DNA from: Chloroflexota bacterium
Lineage (GTDB): Bacteria > Chloroflexota > Dehalococcoidia > Lucifugimonadales > JADFKI01
Assembly: GCA_027623195.1 (NCBI GenBank)
Contig: JAQBUT010000019.1
Span: forward strand, 1 to 64,000
Length of the DNA: 64,000 bases
Reading direction: 5' to 3'
The notes under the pieces were generated by a model. That model had not been told where the DNA came from and did not search any database. It was given only the letters and a program-made list of their open reading frames with translations. Of the stretch, positions 29,725 to 40,103 are shown one piece after another (position 1 is the stretch's first letter; the number at the start of each line of letters is the position of its first letter). Made by a program: the position numbers and the translations under genes.

Positions 29725-30097
29725 TTAATCACCTGAAGGCTCAAAGGCCTGCTTAACAACTTCTGCAGACGAACAAACTATTAAAGTCCGGACGACCTGC
29801 CTGTCTCACAAGAGGAAGGTGTTTGCCCTATTTTCAACTCAGCCTAGGTGTTGTAGGAGCTTTGACGCCCCAAAACCCCTACACACACCATTTGCCTAGA
29901 GGAGGCTAGGCACACTAGAAGATAACCAGTTTGCCACATCATTGACACCTACCCAATTACCTCAGGCACACCCGAACTGGACCACTGAAGATAACCGTAT
30001 AGTTAGCGATATAGCGGTATCTCCCAGATGCTGATAATCTATGGCGCGACAAAACTCGATAATGTACCTGCATTAATGAAGCCTGAAATAAAGGGGA

Positions 30098-31192
30098 ATG
30101 AATATGAAAGTAACCGGATTCACCACCAAGGTCGTTAGCGTGCCGCGAGAGACCGGTCCGCTTGGAGATGGCATTGGTTCACTGGCATCCAATTTCGTGA
30201 CTCTGAAATTACACACTGACGAGGGTGTGGACGGCATCGCCTACGCGGGCTTCACCAGCTCCGTCATGCTACCGGCTCTGAAGGCGGCCGTGGACTCCCT
30301 GAGCGAACAGGTAATCGGCGAAGACCCCATCAACGTCGAGGCTATCAATCACAGGCTTACCACGCTGGCTGGCGGCGGGTCGCCCGCTGGACTCGTCACA
30401 CGGACCGTGTCGGCCATCGACGTGGCGATGTGGGACCTGAAAGGCAAGGCCCTGGGAGAACCAGTTTATCGCCTTCTTGGTGGGTTCCAAGACCGCGTAC
30501 CGACCTATTACAGCGGCAAGTTGTGGCGTCCGTACAGCCTTGGAGAGCTTGCGGAGAGTTCTGCCGAGCTTGTTTCGCAGGGTTACAAGGCCATGAAGTT
30601 CCGAATGGGGGCCGAGGACACGGCCGCCAAGGAAATTGCCCGCATGCAGGTCATGCGCGAGTCGGTAGGCCCGGACATCGACATCATGCTGGATATCAAT
30701 CAGGGTTGGGACGTCAATACCGCCATATCAATAGGAAGAGAACTGGCTGCGTACAACCTGTTCTGGCTGGAGGACCCGACGCAACACAATGACTTCGAAG
30801 GGCTAGCGCGCATTGCCGATGCCCTGGACACCCCCGTTGCGGCTGGAGAGTACCACTACGGCATTTCGCCATTCAGGTACATGCTAGAGCATCGGTCCAT
30901 CGACATCGTTATGGTGGACCTGCTGCGAGCGGGCGGCATCACCCAGTGGATGAAGGTTGCCCACATGGCGGAGGCGTACAACTTACCTGTGGTTAGTCAC
31001 CTGGCGCCGGAGTTCCTGATGCACGGCATGGCCGCCATTCCCAATGGCATTTACACTGAGCTGATGCCGTGGGCGTATCCTCTGTTTAAAGAGGAGCCTA
31101 AAGTCGAGGACGGCATGCTGGTATTGCCGCAATCCCCTGGCTTCGGCATGGAGTTCGACGACGAGGCCCTGGAGCGGTTTGCGGTGGTGTAG
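30098..31192 (+). CDS. Mandelate racemase/muconate lactonizing enzyme family enolase
   Basis: DVAMWDLKGK, KxR, D-x-N, WLEDP, AGE, SH. Confidence 0.92.
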   Translation: MNMKVTGFTTKVVSVPRETGPLGDGIGSLASNFVTLKLHTDEGVDGIAYAGFTSSVMLPALKAAVDSLSEQVIGEDPINVEAINHRLTTLAGGGSPAGLVTRTVSAIDVAMWDLKGKALGEPVYRLLGGFQDRVPTYYSGKLWRPYSLGELAESSAELVSQGYKAMKFRMGAEDTAAKEIARMQVMRESVGPDIDIMLDINQGWDVNTAISIGRELAAYNLFWLEDPTQHNDFEGLARIADALDTPVAAGEYHYGISPFRYMLEHRSIDIVMVDLLRAGGITQWMKVAHMAEAYNLPVVSHLAPEFLMHGMAAIPNGIYTELMPWAYPLFKEEPKVEDGMLVLPQSPGFGMEFDDEALERFAVV

Positions 31193-31434
31193 GCCCCCTG
31201 GGTCTCCCCCAAACTTCTAGTCGCTGCTGAAACACATCATATTTTTTTCATGCTCCGCCGTTCGAAGGGCATGGGGCGCGAAAAGCTCGCCGGAGGGAAC
31301 GGGTACATTCCCGCTCCGGCGGGTTTTCTCTGACTGAGATACTTTCGTGATCCCAAGTAGAATTCAATTTAAAACGTTTTAGCCAATATGTGAAATGCCC
31401 CGGCTGCGGACTGTCACTCTTCCTCTGCAACGGG

Positions 31435-32361
31435 TCACTTGTACTTTTCTACGGCTTCAATACGAGCCTCAACCACATCGTCCCTCATGAGAAGTTCCGT
31501 TACCTTATGGGCCGGCGTCACAATCGCCATACCTGAATTTAAGGCCGTTGTTATGATGCCCATTACGTCTCCAGTGGGTTTGGCCTGAGCATCAATTTCA
31601 AAATGACCGCTTACTAATCCTATAAACGCATGGGTCCAAACAAGATCGGTTCTAAAAACGTCGTCAGAGCCTTCTAACCGATCGACAAAAGTAGGTTTGG
31701 CGATAAATGTAGACGATCCGCTATGACCGCCCCAAGAATGGCTCTCCATTAGATATGCCTCGGCCTCGAAACTTGTGCCGCCTGTACGGGGCATTGTAAT
31801 TTCACTTGGCATGCGCGCGATGTGTCCAAATCTAGCGATCGGCAAAATCTTCTCATGCCCTGGGTGCTGGGAAAATAACCCTGCAAAATATATTTCCGCG
31901 CCAACCTGAGATTTAATCGAAATGGGTCCATATATGGGGTGTTCATTTATCACTTCATAGTCAGGGCCAGGCCCCATGAATTCTCACATGTCTAAGCTAG
32001 CACCGCCCACATCTTTGCGTACCATTCCTTTGGGCAGCATGTTCGGCAGTATTAAGATTGCGGCTACGTCCGCATGGTCGTGCGTAACCCAACTATCTCT
32101 AGACTTTTTAATTTCAAAGTACGAATCATTTGTACGATTGAACCTCACATAAATTTCGGCATATTCATGCGCTTCTTAGATGCAGTGCCTCGCCGTGACA
32201 ACGTAATCTATCCCTTCATAAGGTTCGTTTGATTTTGATATGGGAACACGCACCAAGAAACCTGACGCTTTAGGGACGCGGTGTTTCACACCTGCGTCAT
32301 CATGTTGGTCAACGCACAGGAAGACTGTTGAGTCCATAAAGCCAGTGGGTACATTTTCCAT
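31435..32361 (-). pseudogene. Trypsin-like serine protease pseudogene with two in-frame stops
   Basis: Single frame: ASGF...VTARHCI*(TAA 32176-78)...ADVAAI...*(TGA 31984-86)...GGHSGS; H/D/S triad present; AT-richer than flanks. Confidence 0.8.
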
Positions 32362-32476
32362 TTTCTATCCTACGATTAGGGATAAAATTCAATATTAGAG
32401 GATTCGCTAAACCCATATTAGCGAATAAGTGATTTGCGCAGAAGAAATGCCTTGTATGTACCGCTTTTCCTCTTTA

Positions 32477-32518
32477 ACCTCGAACTATCCACTAAAAACT
32501 AAAAACCAGTAACTAACA
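32477..32518. repeat. Heptamer-periodic array
   Basis: ACCTCGA ACTATCC ACTAAAA ACTAAAA ACCAGTA ACTAACA. Confidence 0.6.
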
Positions 32519-32526
32519 AATCGGCC

Positions 32527-33321
32527 CTACGCATACACTCCCGAACCCGCGCCGCCACTGGCCGATATCGATTCGCCGGTGATGGCCAATGACTTTGGAG
32601 AGCACAGGAAGGCCGCCAGCGGGGCGATTTCGCTGGCATCCACGATCTTGCGTATGGCGTTGCGACCGGCAACCTCAGCCTCCACCTCTTCCACGGTGAT
32701 ACCCCTCTGCTTTGCCTGCTCCTCGTATAAAGGGCGGGAGCGCTCCGTATAAGTGGTGCCGGGATGTATGAGGTTAACGTTGATACCAAATGGCCCTAAC
32801 TCCATGGACAGCGTCTTCGTAAAGTGCACCAGCGCCAGGTTTCGCATACCGCTGATGGTCCCAGCGTTGCGCGCAGCCATGCCGGATATGTTAATGATGC
32901 GTCCCCATCCGGCCTTCTTCAGATGAGGCAATGCCGCCTGAGCGGACCTAAAGTAGCCCATAATTTTGGTGTTGATATCGGCCAGCAGGTCCTCTTCTTT
33001 GGCCCCCTCTAACCCGCCCTGCACAAAGCCACCCACCGGGGCAGCGTTATTGACGAGTATCTCCAGCTTACCCAGGGCGTCGACTGCCTGCTGGACCATG
33101 CTCCTGACCGAATCGCCGTCAGTAGTGTCTGCGACTATGGGCACGACGATTCCGCCGGTCGCCGCCTCTATCTCTTTTGCCGTAGCCTCCAGCGTTTGCT
33201 GCGTGCGCCCGCTAATGGCCACGGCTACACCTTCACCGGACAACTCTCTGGCGATGGCCTTGCCAATGCCTCTGCTGCCCCCTGTTATTAACGCCGTTCT
33301 TCCGTTCAATTCCAGATCCAT
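32527..33321 (-). CDS. SDR-family oxidoreductase
   Basis: TGGSRGIG, LVNNA; the canonical YxxxK is not evident. Confidence 0.92.
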   Translation of the reverse strand: MDLELNGRTALITGGSRGIGKAIARELSGEGVAVAISGRTQQTLEATAKEIEAATGGIVVPIVADTTDGDSVRSMVQQAVDALGKLEILVNNAAPVGGFVQGGLEGAKEEDLLADINTKIMGYFRSAQAALPHLKKAGWGRIINISGMAARNAGTISGMRNLALVHFTKTLSMELGPFGINVNLIHPGTTYTERSRPLYEEQAKQRGITVEEVEAEVAGRNAIRKIVDASEIAPLAAFLCSPKSLAITGESISASGGAGSGVYA

Positions 33322-33333
33322 TTCGAGTTCCTC

Positions 33334-34380
33334 TCAAAGGTGATTTTCAAAAAATTCGAAGGCCTTGTTGCCCGCGAACGCGTGCCCGCCGGGATGCCTG
33401 TCCGCCCACAGAACATCAAGTGCCCCTGCGGCGGCGTATAAGCGTTTGACAGCTTCGTAACCCTCCATCTGGTCCTCGATGGGAAACGTGGTGTCTGCCT
33501 CGCCCATTTCCAGCAGCAGCGGTCGCGGCGCAATAAGGCCAGCGATGTCGGACGTATCCAGGTAGCGGTAGACCTCTGGAACGATCTGAGAACCGCAGAA
33601 GTTGGCATTTTGAATCCCAAACGCTTTCCAAGGATTGACGTACCCGATGATATCTGCGGCCTTTATGCGGGGTTCTACCGCAGCAGTGAAGGCCGTCATT
33701 GTCCCGCCCTGCGACAGGCCCATCATGCCAATGCGGTCCGAATCCACCTCGTGCCTGGACTGCAGGTAATCCACGCAGCGCATCATGTCCCAAATGTTCA
33801 GCGTCAGGGTATAGATGCCCATGAGGGCGCCTCGGATGAAGTGGACATTGCATTGGTCCTTGCCCGGATAAGGGTCACCGCCGTCGGATCTCTCTCCGAA
33901 GCCACGCAAATCTGGGCTCAGCGTCACGAAGCCCCGCCGGGCCATCTGCTCGGCATAATTATAGTTATGGAAGGCTATGTTTGCCCGCAGGCCCTCTGAA
34001 GATGCGTTACCCGTCACCGGCTCTTTGCCGTAGGGACCGTGGCCGTGGCAGCACAGAATGGCCGGTGACGAGCCATCGTTCTTGGCCGTCGACAGCTTCA
34101 GGAGAGTGCATGGCACTGACATGCCTTCTTCGGAGTCGAACACAACCCGCTCACGAACCAGGCCGTCCTGCGGTACCGAGTAAATGACCTCAGCGTTCAT
34201 GTCCACCGCCTGAGGGTATTCGCCCAAAAGTTCAGTGAGCTTCTTCGAGGCCTCGGCCTGCCATAGCCTCCATTCGGGGATCGAATTTCCCGCGCCAGTG
34301 CCGGTAAAAGACAGCGAAGGAACCCAGTCCTCGGCCCTGCGATTGAAGTACTCCACCATAGAGAAGTTACGTCCAGCCAT
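33334..34380 (-). CDS. Alpha/beta hydrolase (dienelactone hydrolase/Abhydrolase_7-like)
   Basis: HGHG, GLSQGG nucleophile elbow, LIAPRPLL, GGH. Confidence 0.85.
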   Translation of the reverse strand: MAGRNFSMVEYFNRRAEDWVPSLSFTGTGAGNSIPEWRLWQAEASKKLTELLGEYPQAVDMNAEVIYSVPQDGLVRERVVFDSEEGMSVPCTLLKLSTAKNDGSSPAILCCHGHGPYGKEPVTGNASSEGLRANIAFHNYNYAEQMARRGFVTLSPDLRGFGERSDGGDPYPGKDQCNVHFIRGALMGIYTLTLNIWDMMRCVDYLQSRHEVDSDRIGMMGLSQGGTMTAFTAAVEPRIKAADIIGYVNPWKAFGIQNANFCGSQIVPEVYRYLDTSDIAGLIAPRPLLLEMGEADTTFPIEDQMEGYEAVKRLYAAAGALDVLWADRHPGGHAFAGNKAFEFFENHL

Positions 34381-34554
34381 CTCTAACGTCCCCTGATACG
34401 ATTTCGCGTTGGTGAATGATAGCTCATCTAAATTTTCCAAAGAATAATTTTCCTTGCGTGACTCTATACAGGCGCCCTCAGGTCATCAGCAGCCAGACAA
34501 GAGGTAGAATACATGAGATATCCTTCGGTGATTCTGATATAGTAATTTACCTGT

Positions 34555-35904
34555 TTGGCCTCCATCGCAGAAAGCGTGATTTCGCAAATTCAAAAGGAAA
34601 CCCGAAAGCGACCGTTTTACGGCTGGTACGTAGTCGCCGCTGCGTCCGTTCAGGGCATGTTTGGAAATGGCACTGTCTCCAACGGCTTCTCCATATTTTT
34701 CCAGTCAATACGCACGGACCTTGGCGTAAACTACACCGCAATGGCGCTGGTCTTCAGTCTCTCCCGCGCGGAAGGCGGCCTGGGCGGCCCACTTGTTGGT
34801 TGGTTGGTGGACCGTTTCGGCGCCAGGCGAATGATTCTTATCGGCGGTATCACAGCAGGTATCGGACTCATCCTCGTTTCACAAGCCAGGGAGTACTGGC
34901 AGTTCATTCTGCTATTCGTTGGCGTTGTCTCCGTGGGCAAGACAGCCGGACTGGGACAGACACTGATGGCTGTGGTCAACCAGTGGTTTGTTCGCAGAAA
35001 AGGCGTGGCCCTCTCAACCCTGATGACCAGCTTCGCAGGGGGCGGTGCCATCGTCGTGCCGCTGTTGGGACTGGGCATTGGCACCATTGGCTGGCGCGCC
35101 ACGTTGATGTACGCAGGCATCTTCATCATCTGCATTACCATCCCTGTAGCCAAGGTAATCCGCAGCCGCCCGGAAGACATAGGACTGGGTCCTGATGGCG
35201 ACCCCATGGAGTCCGACACTCCCCTCGATATTGTCCAAGGGGAGGAAGGGGCATCTAAAGCAATTGAATCCCCAAAATTGGGACCGGACTTTACCGTGCG
35301 AGAGGCCATCAAGACATCGGCCTTCTGGCTGTTGCTGCTAGGTCTGACGATCCGCGTCTCCGCCACTAACGCAATAGTGATACATATCTTTCCAATACTG
35401 GAGGAGCAAGGTTTCGGGGAGCAACAGGCAGCGTTTTTCGTGTCCGCCATGTTCTTCATAGCCATACCGCTTCGTTTTGGAATGGGCGTTGCAGGAGATT
35501 ACCTGTCGCCACGCAAAATCCTGTTCGTGGGGATGAACGGCGCCGCTCTGGGCCTGCTTGCCCTCTACATGCTGCACGGCATGACGGCGGTAGTCCTCTT
35601 CATCATTGGCTTTTCGCTCGTGGAGGGCGTAACCTCCGTTAACTGGCTCATGGTTGGCAATTACTTCGGACGCCGCAGGTTCGCTAGCATCATGGGCTTT
35701 ATGAGCATGTTCCACAACACTGGCATGGTCATATCACCGTTATTCAGCGGATGGATCAAGGACACAACGGGCAGTTACGATATCGTGATGCTGACCTTCA
35801 TACCCATATTCGTAATAGGCGCTCTGGCCTTCACTCTGGCTCGCAAACCCGTACATCCCTCGATTACAAGAGTTGCGACGACTCTACCCATCGTAAAGAC
35901 TTAA
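34555..35904 (+). CDS. MFS transporter (OFA/monocarboxylate-like)
   Basis: FYGWYVV, GWLVDRFGAR, WFVRRKG, YFGRR. Confidence 0.9.
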   Translation: MASIAESVISQIQKETRKRPFYGWYVVAAASVQGMFGNGTVSNGFSIFFQSIRTDLGVNYTAMALVFSLSRAEGGLGGPLVGWLVDRFGARRMILIGGITAGIGLILVSQAREYWQFILLFVGVVSVGKTAGLGQTLMAVVNQWFVRRKGVALSTLMTSFAGGGAIVVPLLGLGIGTIGWRATLMYAGIFIICITIPVAKVIRSRPEDIGLGPDGDPMESDTPLDIVQGEEGASKAIESPKLGPDFTVREAIKTSAFWLLLLGLTIRVSATNAIVIHIFPILEEQGFGEQQAAFFVSAMFFIAIPLRFGMGVAGDYLSPRKILFVGMNGAALGLLALYMLHGMTAVVLFIIGFSLVEGVTSVNWLMVGNYFGRRRFASIMGFMSMFHNTGMVISPLFSGWIKDTTGSYDIVMLTFIPIFVIGALAFTLARKPVHPSITRVATTLPIVKT

Positions 35905-35931
35905 AAGCCAAGTCCCATTGAGCCGAGGAAC

Positions 35932-36714
35932 CTAGCGCATCTCTCTGTACCATGCGGGCAGCTTTTCTTCCATACCAACCCAAGTCGATTGACAATTACA
36001 CGCCGCCGTATCCGGCACCGCCGCCACAGCCGCGCGCATAATTGGGGTCAACTCCTCTGGGGTAATCATCGCCCAGTCCCGCTCGCCAGCCTCTCCGGCC
36101 ATATCGCACACCCAGGCTATGCCTGCGAAGCAGATCTCCAGCTCACGAAAATAGACCACCTCTGGGTAAACCGTGGTGCAAATGATGTCTGCCCCCAGTC
36201 GCCTGTAGGCCTCAACCTCGGCAGGCGTCTCGTCGTGTGGCCCCTGAACGCAGATGTTCACAGCCTGGTCAATAACGCGTCGGGAGCTGTTTTGGCGCGA
36301 CGAATCTGCCAAAGCCGTACGAATTTCTGGGCAGAAGGGCGTCCTCATGTGCGCTCGGGGCCACCTCGGCTCGCCCACGAATATAGTTGTCGGCGTTCGC
36401 TCCACCATGCGAATGTAATCGTGATAGATGACCAGGTCGTCGAGTTCTATATCACGACCTACGCCCCCAAAACCATTCATCGTAATGGCCCTACGAACCC
36501 CAAGGCTTCGAAATGCCATGGCATTGGCAGCATGATTCACTACATTCGATGCAAGATTGTTTTCCCAGCCGAATCTCCGGATATAAGCCACCTCTTGCCC
36601 CGCAATACTCCCCAGTAATATGGGCACATCCCCAAATCGAGTAGTGATTACCGTCCGCTCGTCTTGCGTCACCAGCACACTCTCGTACTGGGACGCTCCA
36701 AGAATTCCAATCAT
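35932..36714 (-). CDS. MTAP-like nucleoside phosphorylase family protein (divergent)
   Basis: TRFG, PFCPEIR, QGP..ETPAE, PEV...RELEICFA. Confidence 0.8.
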   Translation of the reverse strand: MIGILGASQYESVLVTQDERTVITTRFGDVPILLGSIAGQEVAYIRRFGWENNLASNVVNHAANAMAFRSLGVRRAITMNGFGGVGRDIELDDLVIYHDYIRMVERTPTTIFVGEPRWPRAHMRTPFCPEIRTALADSSRQNSSRRVIDQAVNICVQGPHDETPAEVEAYRRLGADIICTTVYPEVVYFRELEICFAGIAWVCDMAGEAGERDWAMITPEELTPIMRAAVAAVPDTAACNCQSTWVGMEEKLPAWYREMR

Positions 36715-36806
36715 GCTATTCCTCTTTCTTTATCAGGAGACATCTTTTGTTTGGATTTGCCTGCAACGCCTTGTTTAAGCCATTGAGTGGCGATTACAGG
36801 TTCGTT

Positions 36807-36924
36807 AGTTTAGACATCGTTTTGAAGGGGTGTCAAGGCCAAATATCGGCTTTCGCAAGCCCATAGCATGGTGCTTGTGAAGCCTTGCCTCCGGTTGACA
36901 GAAGTCGAATTAGCATGCTACCGT
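36807..36924. promoter_or_regulatory. Divergent sigma70-type promoters
   Basis: Plus strand: TTGACA 36895-900 with TG-c-TACCGT -10 at 36919-24. Minus strand: TTGACA 36836-31 with TAAACT 36812-07. Confidence 0.55.
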
Positions 36925-37219
36925 CTTCGGCAGCGTAATTGCTATGAACTACGTCCAATTTCCAATTTCCAATTTCTAGAAACCTTAATAAATCTAGTCT
37001 TGCTCATAAATCGTATCGTTTTGGAAGTAATGGATGTTTGAATCAGCCATTTATTTTCAGCGTCTCGCTCAGTACGAGAGGCTGATTGCGGTAATGAGCT
37101 GACGCTAGGAAAGTTAATAGTCTTATCCAGAAGTCCTGCAACAGAATCGAAGCCCACTAATTATCGAAGGCCTTATCCCTAAATATTAAAAAGGCGAATA
37201 ATAAACAGGAGGATAGTAC

Positions 37220-39013
37220 ATGAGGTTTTGGAAGAATCGCAGACGGGGGGGCCTGCTGACTCTAGTGGTTAGCATGGTTTCTCTCGGGTTAATCGCAGCA
37301 GCGTGTAGCAGCTCAGAGCCGGAGCCAGCGGCGCCACCCGTGACAGGGGCTACGGCGGCACCCGCCCCGGCAACGTCCGTGCCGGTAGCCCCAGTTGCTG
37401 AAATTGGCGCCGGTGAGACAATGGCCATACTGGTAGCGAACATAGGTAACGGCCGCTTCGACACTTGGCTTTCCGATGGCGAGGACGCTAAGTTCCATCG
37501 CATAATGAACATAGGTCTTGTGGGTGGTTCAGGCGGAAGCGTCCTGGTTCCTGCCGCGACCAAGTCATGGGAGATGAGTGCCGATGGCATGCAGTGGGTT
37601 TTCACCGCCAACGAAGGCGTGTTCACCGACCATGCAGGTAACGCTCTCGGTATCGCGGACGCCAAATGGACCGCCGACAAGGTTCTCGGCAATGAGGCCC
37701 GAAGGCTTGCTGAGACCGGGTACTATGAGCCACGGGACATTGCAGACGCGGCTCAGTTCGAAAAGGTAGAGTTTGGACCGGGACCGGACCAGTTTACGGT
37801 CTTCGCGGCGTCCATGCCCAGGCCGGATGTTCCTGCGTTCCTTTCGGAGCATGCGCAAGGCCCTCAGGGAATGTTGCAGTCCAAGACATATACCGATTCC
37901 CAGATACAGCCTGGAGACCTCGGTTACGAAGGCTTTGAAAAGGCCCCTGTCGGTACCGGTTCCATGGTACTTACGAACTGGGTCCCAGAGCAGAAGTTTG
38001 AGTTTGAACGGTTCGTTGACTTCGCCTGGCATCCTGGAAACGGTTTCGCAGATGACCGCCGGATGAAGTTCGAATTCATCAACATGGAAGTTGTTCCTGA
38101 GGACGCTACTCGCATCGCCGCCCTTCAAAGCGGCAGCGGCGACCTCATTGAAGCCAACATTCTTATGTTGGAAGGCATTGATAATGCCGGAGGCAAGGTA
38201 GTCTGGCAGAACGAATCAGCCTACAACTGGGTTGTTATGGTTGACTGCTGGGAGCCCGACATGTGGTGCTGGGACAAGCGCGTGCGCCAGGCCATGGAGC
38301 TTGCGGTTGACAGGCCCACGATCGTAGAGCAGCTTTACGGACAAGGAGCCACTATCAAGGGCTGGAACCACGTAACCCCCAACTCCCTTGGTTATAGCCC
38401 AGAGCTTGACCCCCCTGGATACGACCTGGCCAAGGCCAAGGCTTTGTTGGCAGAGGCTGGAATCGTAGACGGCAAGATGCCGAACGGCGAGCAGGTTTCT
38501 TTCAAGATTTACACCTGGGTAGCCGGCGACACGCCATTGCTTCCTGAGCTCTCACAGCTCTTTGCCGATGCTTACAACGACGACCTGGGCATGGATGTCG
38601 AGGTTGTCGTAGGTGATGCCTCTGCTACTCGTCAGCGGTGGAACAACCGCGAGCTTGCTGCCAACATGTTGGTTCGTACCAACGAAGCTCGTTATGACGG
38701 CACCAGCTCATTGGATGGTGGCTACAACAACAAGGACATCGGGTGGCGGGCCATCAAGGATCCCGATCTAGAGCCTTGGGCCAGTGTCACCACGCCAATC
38801 GTACGCAAGGCTTTGGCAGACATTAACCTTGCGACACGAGACGCCAGCTTCCTGGAGGCGTACAAGGTTGTGAAGGACGAGGCCAACTTCTGGAGTGGCT
38901 TCTACACCAACTTGCCCTGGGGTATTGGTCCTGACGCCGATGCCTCCACTTACAAGCCGTGGGAATTGGTTTCCTACATAACTGCAGTTTGGACGCTTGA
39001 GCCAGCCAAGTAA
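37220..39013 (+). CDS. ABC transporter substrate-binding lipoprotein, family 5 (Dpp/Opp/Nik)
   Basis: Lipobox IAAAC, PVGTG, TRIAALQSG, DKRVRQAM. Confidence 0.9.
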   Translation: MRFWKNRRRGGLLTLVVSMVSLGLIAAACSSSEPEPAAPPVTGATAAPAPATSVPVAPVAEIGAGETMAILVANIGNGRFDTWLSDGEDAKFHRIMNIGLVGGSGGSVLVPAATKSWEMSADGMQWVFTANEGVFTDHAGNALGIADAKWTADKVLGNEARRLAETGYYEPRDIADAAQFEKVEFGPGPDQFTVFAASMPRPDVPAFLSEHAQGPQGMLQSKTYTDSQIQPGDLGYEGFEKAPVGTGSMVLTNWVPEQKFEFERFVDFAWHPGNGFADDRRMKFEFINMEVVPEDATRIAALQSGSGDLIEANILMLEGIDNAGGKVVWQNESAYNWVVMVDCWEPDMWCWDKRVRQAMELAVDRPTIVEQLYGQGATIKGWNHVTPNSLGYSPELDPPGYDLAKAKALLAEAGIVDGKMPNGEQVSFKIYTWVAGDTPLLPELSQLFADAYNDDLGMDVEVVVGDASATRQRWNNRELAANMLVRTNEARYDGTSSLDGGYNNKDIGWRAIKDPDLEPWASVTTPIVRKALADINLATRDASFLEAYKVVKDEANFWSGFYTNLPWGIGPDADASTYKPWELVSYITAVWTLEPAK

Positions 39014-39068
39014 CCCTGGTTTCACGCAGTCCATTGGTTAGAAACAAACTGCCGCAAAGGTAGAAAAC

Positions 39069-39096
39069 GGGGGAGAGGAATTAACTCCTCTCCCCC
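39069..39096 (+). terminator. Hairpin after the SBP gene (partial terminator/mRNA stabiliser)
   Basis: GGGGGAGAGGA-attaac-TCCTCTCCCCC. Confidence 0.75.
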
Positions 39097-39119
39097 CATT
39101 TATTTAGATTTGGTGAACT

Positions 39120-40085
39120 ATGCAGGGATTCATACTTAGAAGGCTCGGGGAGGGTTTAATCACCCTCATTGCGCTTAGCTTCGTTGTATTCGGAAGCGTT
39201 CAGCTAACCGGAGATCCAGCCCGATTCCTACTTCCTATATCTGCGTCCGCATCTGAAGAGGTATACCAAAAGCAACGGGCAGCCATGGGACTGGATAAGC
39301 CTTTCATTGTTCAGTACTGGAATTTTGCCAAGAAGGCCATCTTCCTTGATTTCGGAGACTCTTTCACCGCACGTCGGCCAGTTAGGGACATCCTGTTGGA
39401 GAGACTTCCCGCCACGGTACATCTCGCCGTATCCGGCATGCTCATGGCGGTAATTATCGGCGTTCCCCTGGGCATTTTATCTGCGGTAAAACGCGACTCT
39501 ATATTTGACAAAATAACCAAGATATTCGCCATATTTGGCATGTCCGCCCCACAGTTCTGGATTGCAATTATGCTGATTATCCTTCTCGGCGGGCGCCTCG
39601 GCTTATTGCCCGTGTACGGCCGGGGGGACATGGAAGGCTGGTTCCCAGCCGTGGAGCTTATCCCTGATATGATCCTGCACCTTATCATGCCCTCCTTTGT
39701 GCTCGCTCTGGCGATCATAGCAGCGTTTATGCGCCTTGGTCGTTCGGCTATGCTGGAGGTCCTGGATACCGACTACGTTAAGTTCGCCCAGGTTAAAGGT
39801 CTAAGCGGGCGGCTGGTTATCTGGAAGCACGCAACTCGCAACGCGCTTATCCCAATCCTAACCTTCGGCGGAATTGCTCTGGCCGGTCTTCTTAACGGCT
39901 CCGTCATCGTGGAGGTCGTGTTCGCATGGCCCGGAATTGGGCTGATGCTTCTTGAGGGCATTCTGTCTAGCAACTTCCCACAGGTTGAGGGCGCCATAAT
40001 GATTTCCGGCGTCGCATACATCCTAACCGCCATGACGGTCGACATTCTTTACGGGTATGCCGACCCAAGAGTGCGATTGAATTAA
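39120..40085 (+). CDS. ABC permease DppB/OppB-like
   Basis: GLDKPF..QY, ERLPAT, RSAMLEVL..DYV..A..KGL, DPRVR. Confidence 0.94.
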   Translation: MQGFILRRLGEGLITLIALSFVVFGSVQLTGDPARFLLPISASASEEVYQKQRAAMGLDKPFIVQYWNFAKKAIFLDFGDSFTARRPVRDILLERLPATVHLAVSGMLMAVIIGVPLGILSAVKRDSIFDKITKIFAIFGMSAPQFWIAIMLIILLGGRLGLLPVYGRGDMEGWFPAVELIPDMILHLIMPSFVLALAIIAAFMRLGRSAMLEVLDTDYVKFAQVKGLSGRLVIWKHATRNALIPILTFGGIALAGLLNGSVIVEVVFAWPGIGLMLLEGILSSNFPQVEGAIMISGVAYILTAMTVDILYGYADPRVRLN

Positions 40086-40103
40086 TATACGGAGGTAACT
40101 GCT

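Noticed and set aside
29840..29915. Hairpins upstream of the Hpt gene as an ncRNA
   Set aside because: Imperfect stems only, with no recognisable family or second copy.
31984..31986. In-frame TGA in the protease gene as selenocysteine
   Set aside because: It is not in a Cys motif and the same frame also contains a TAA, so this is a pseudogene.
37120..37180. SAM-I riboswitch (TTATCCAGA start)
   Set aside because: The downstream conserved SAM-I elements (kink-turn, GCAACC, GTGC) are not found.
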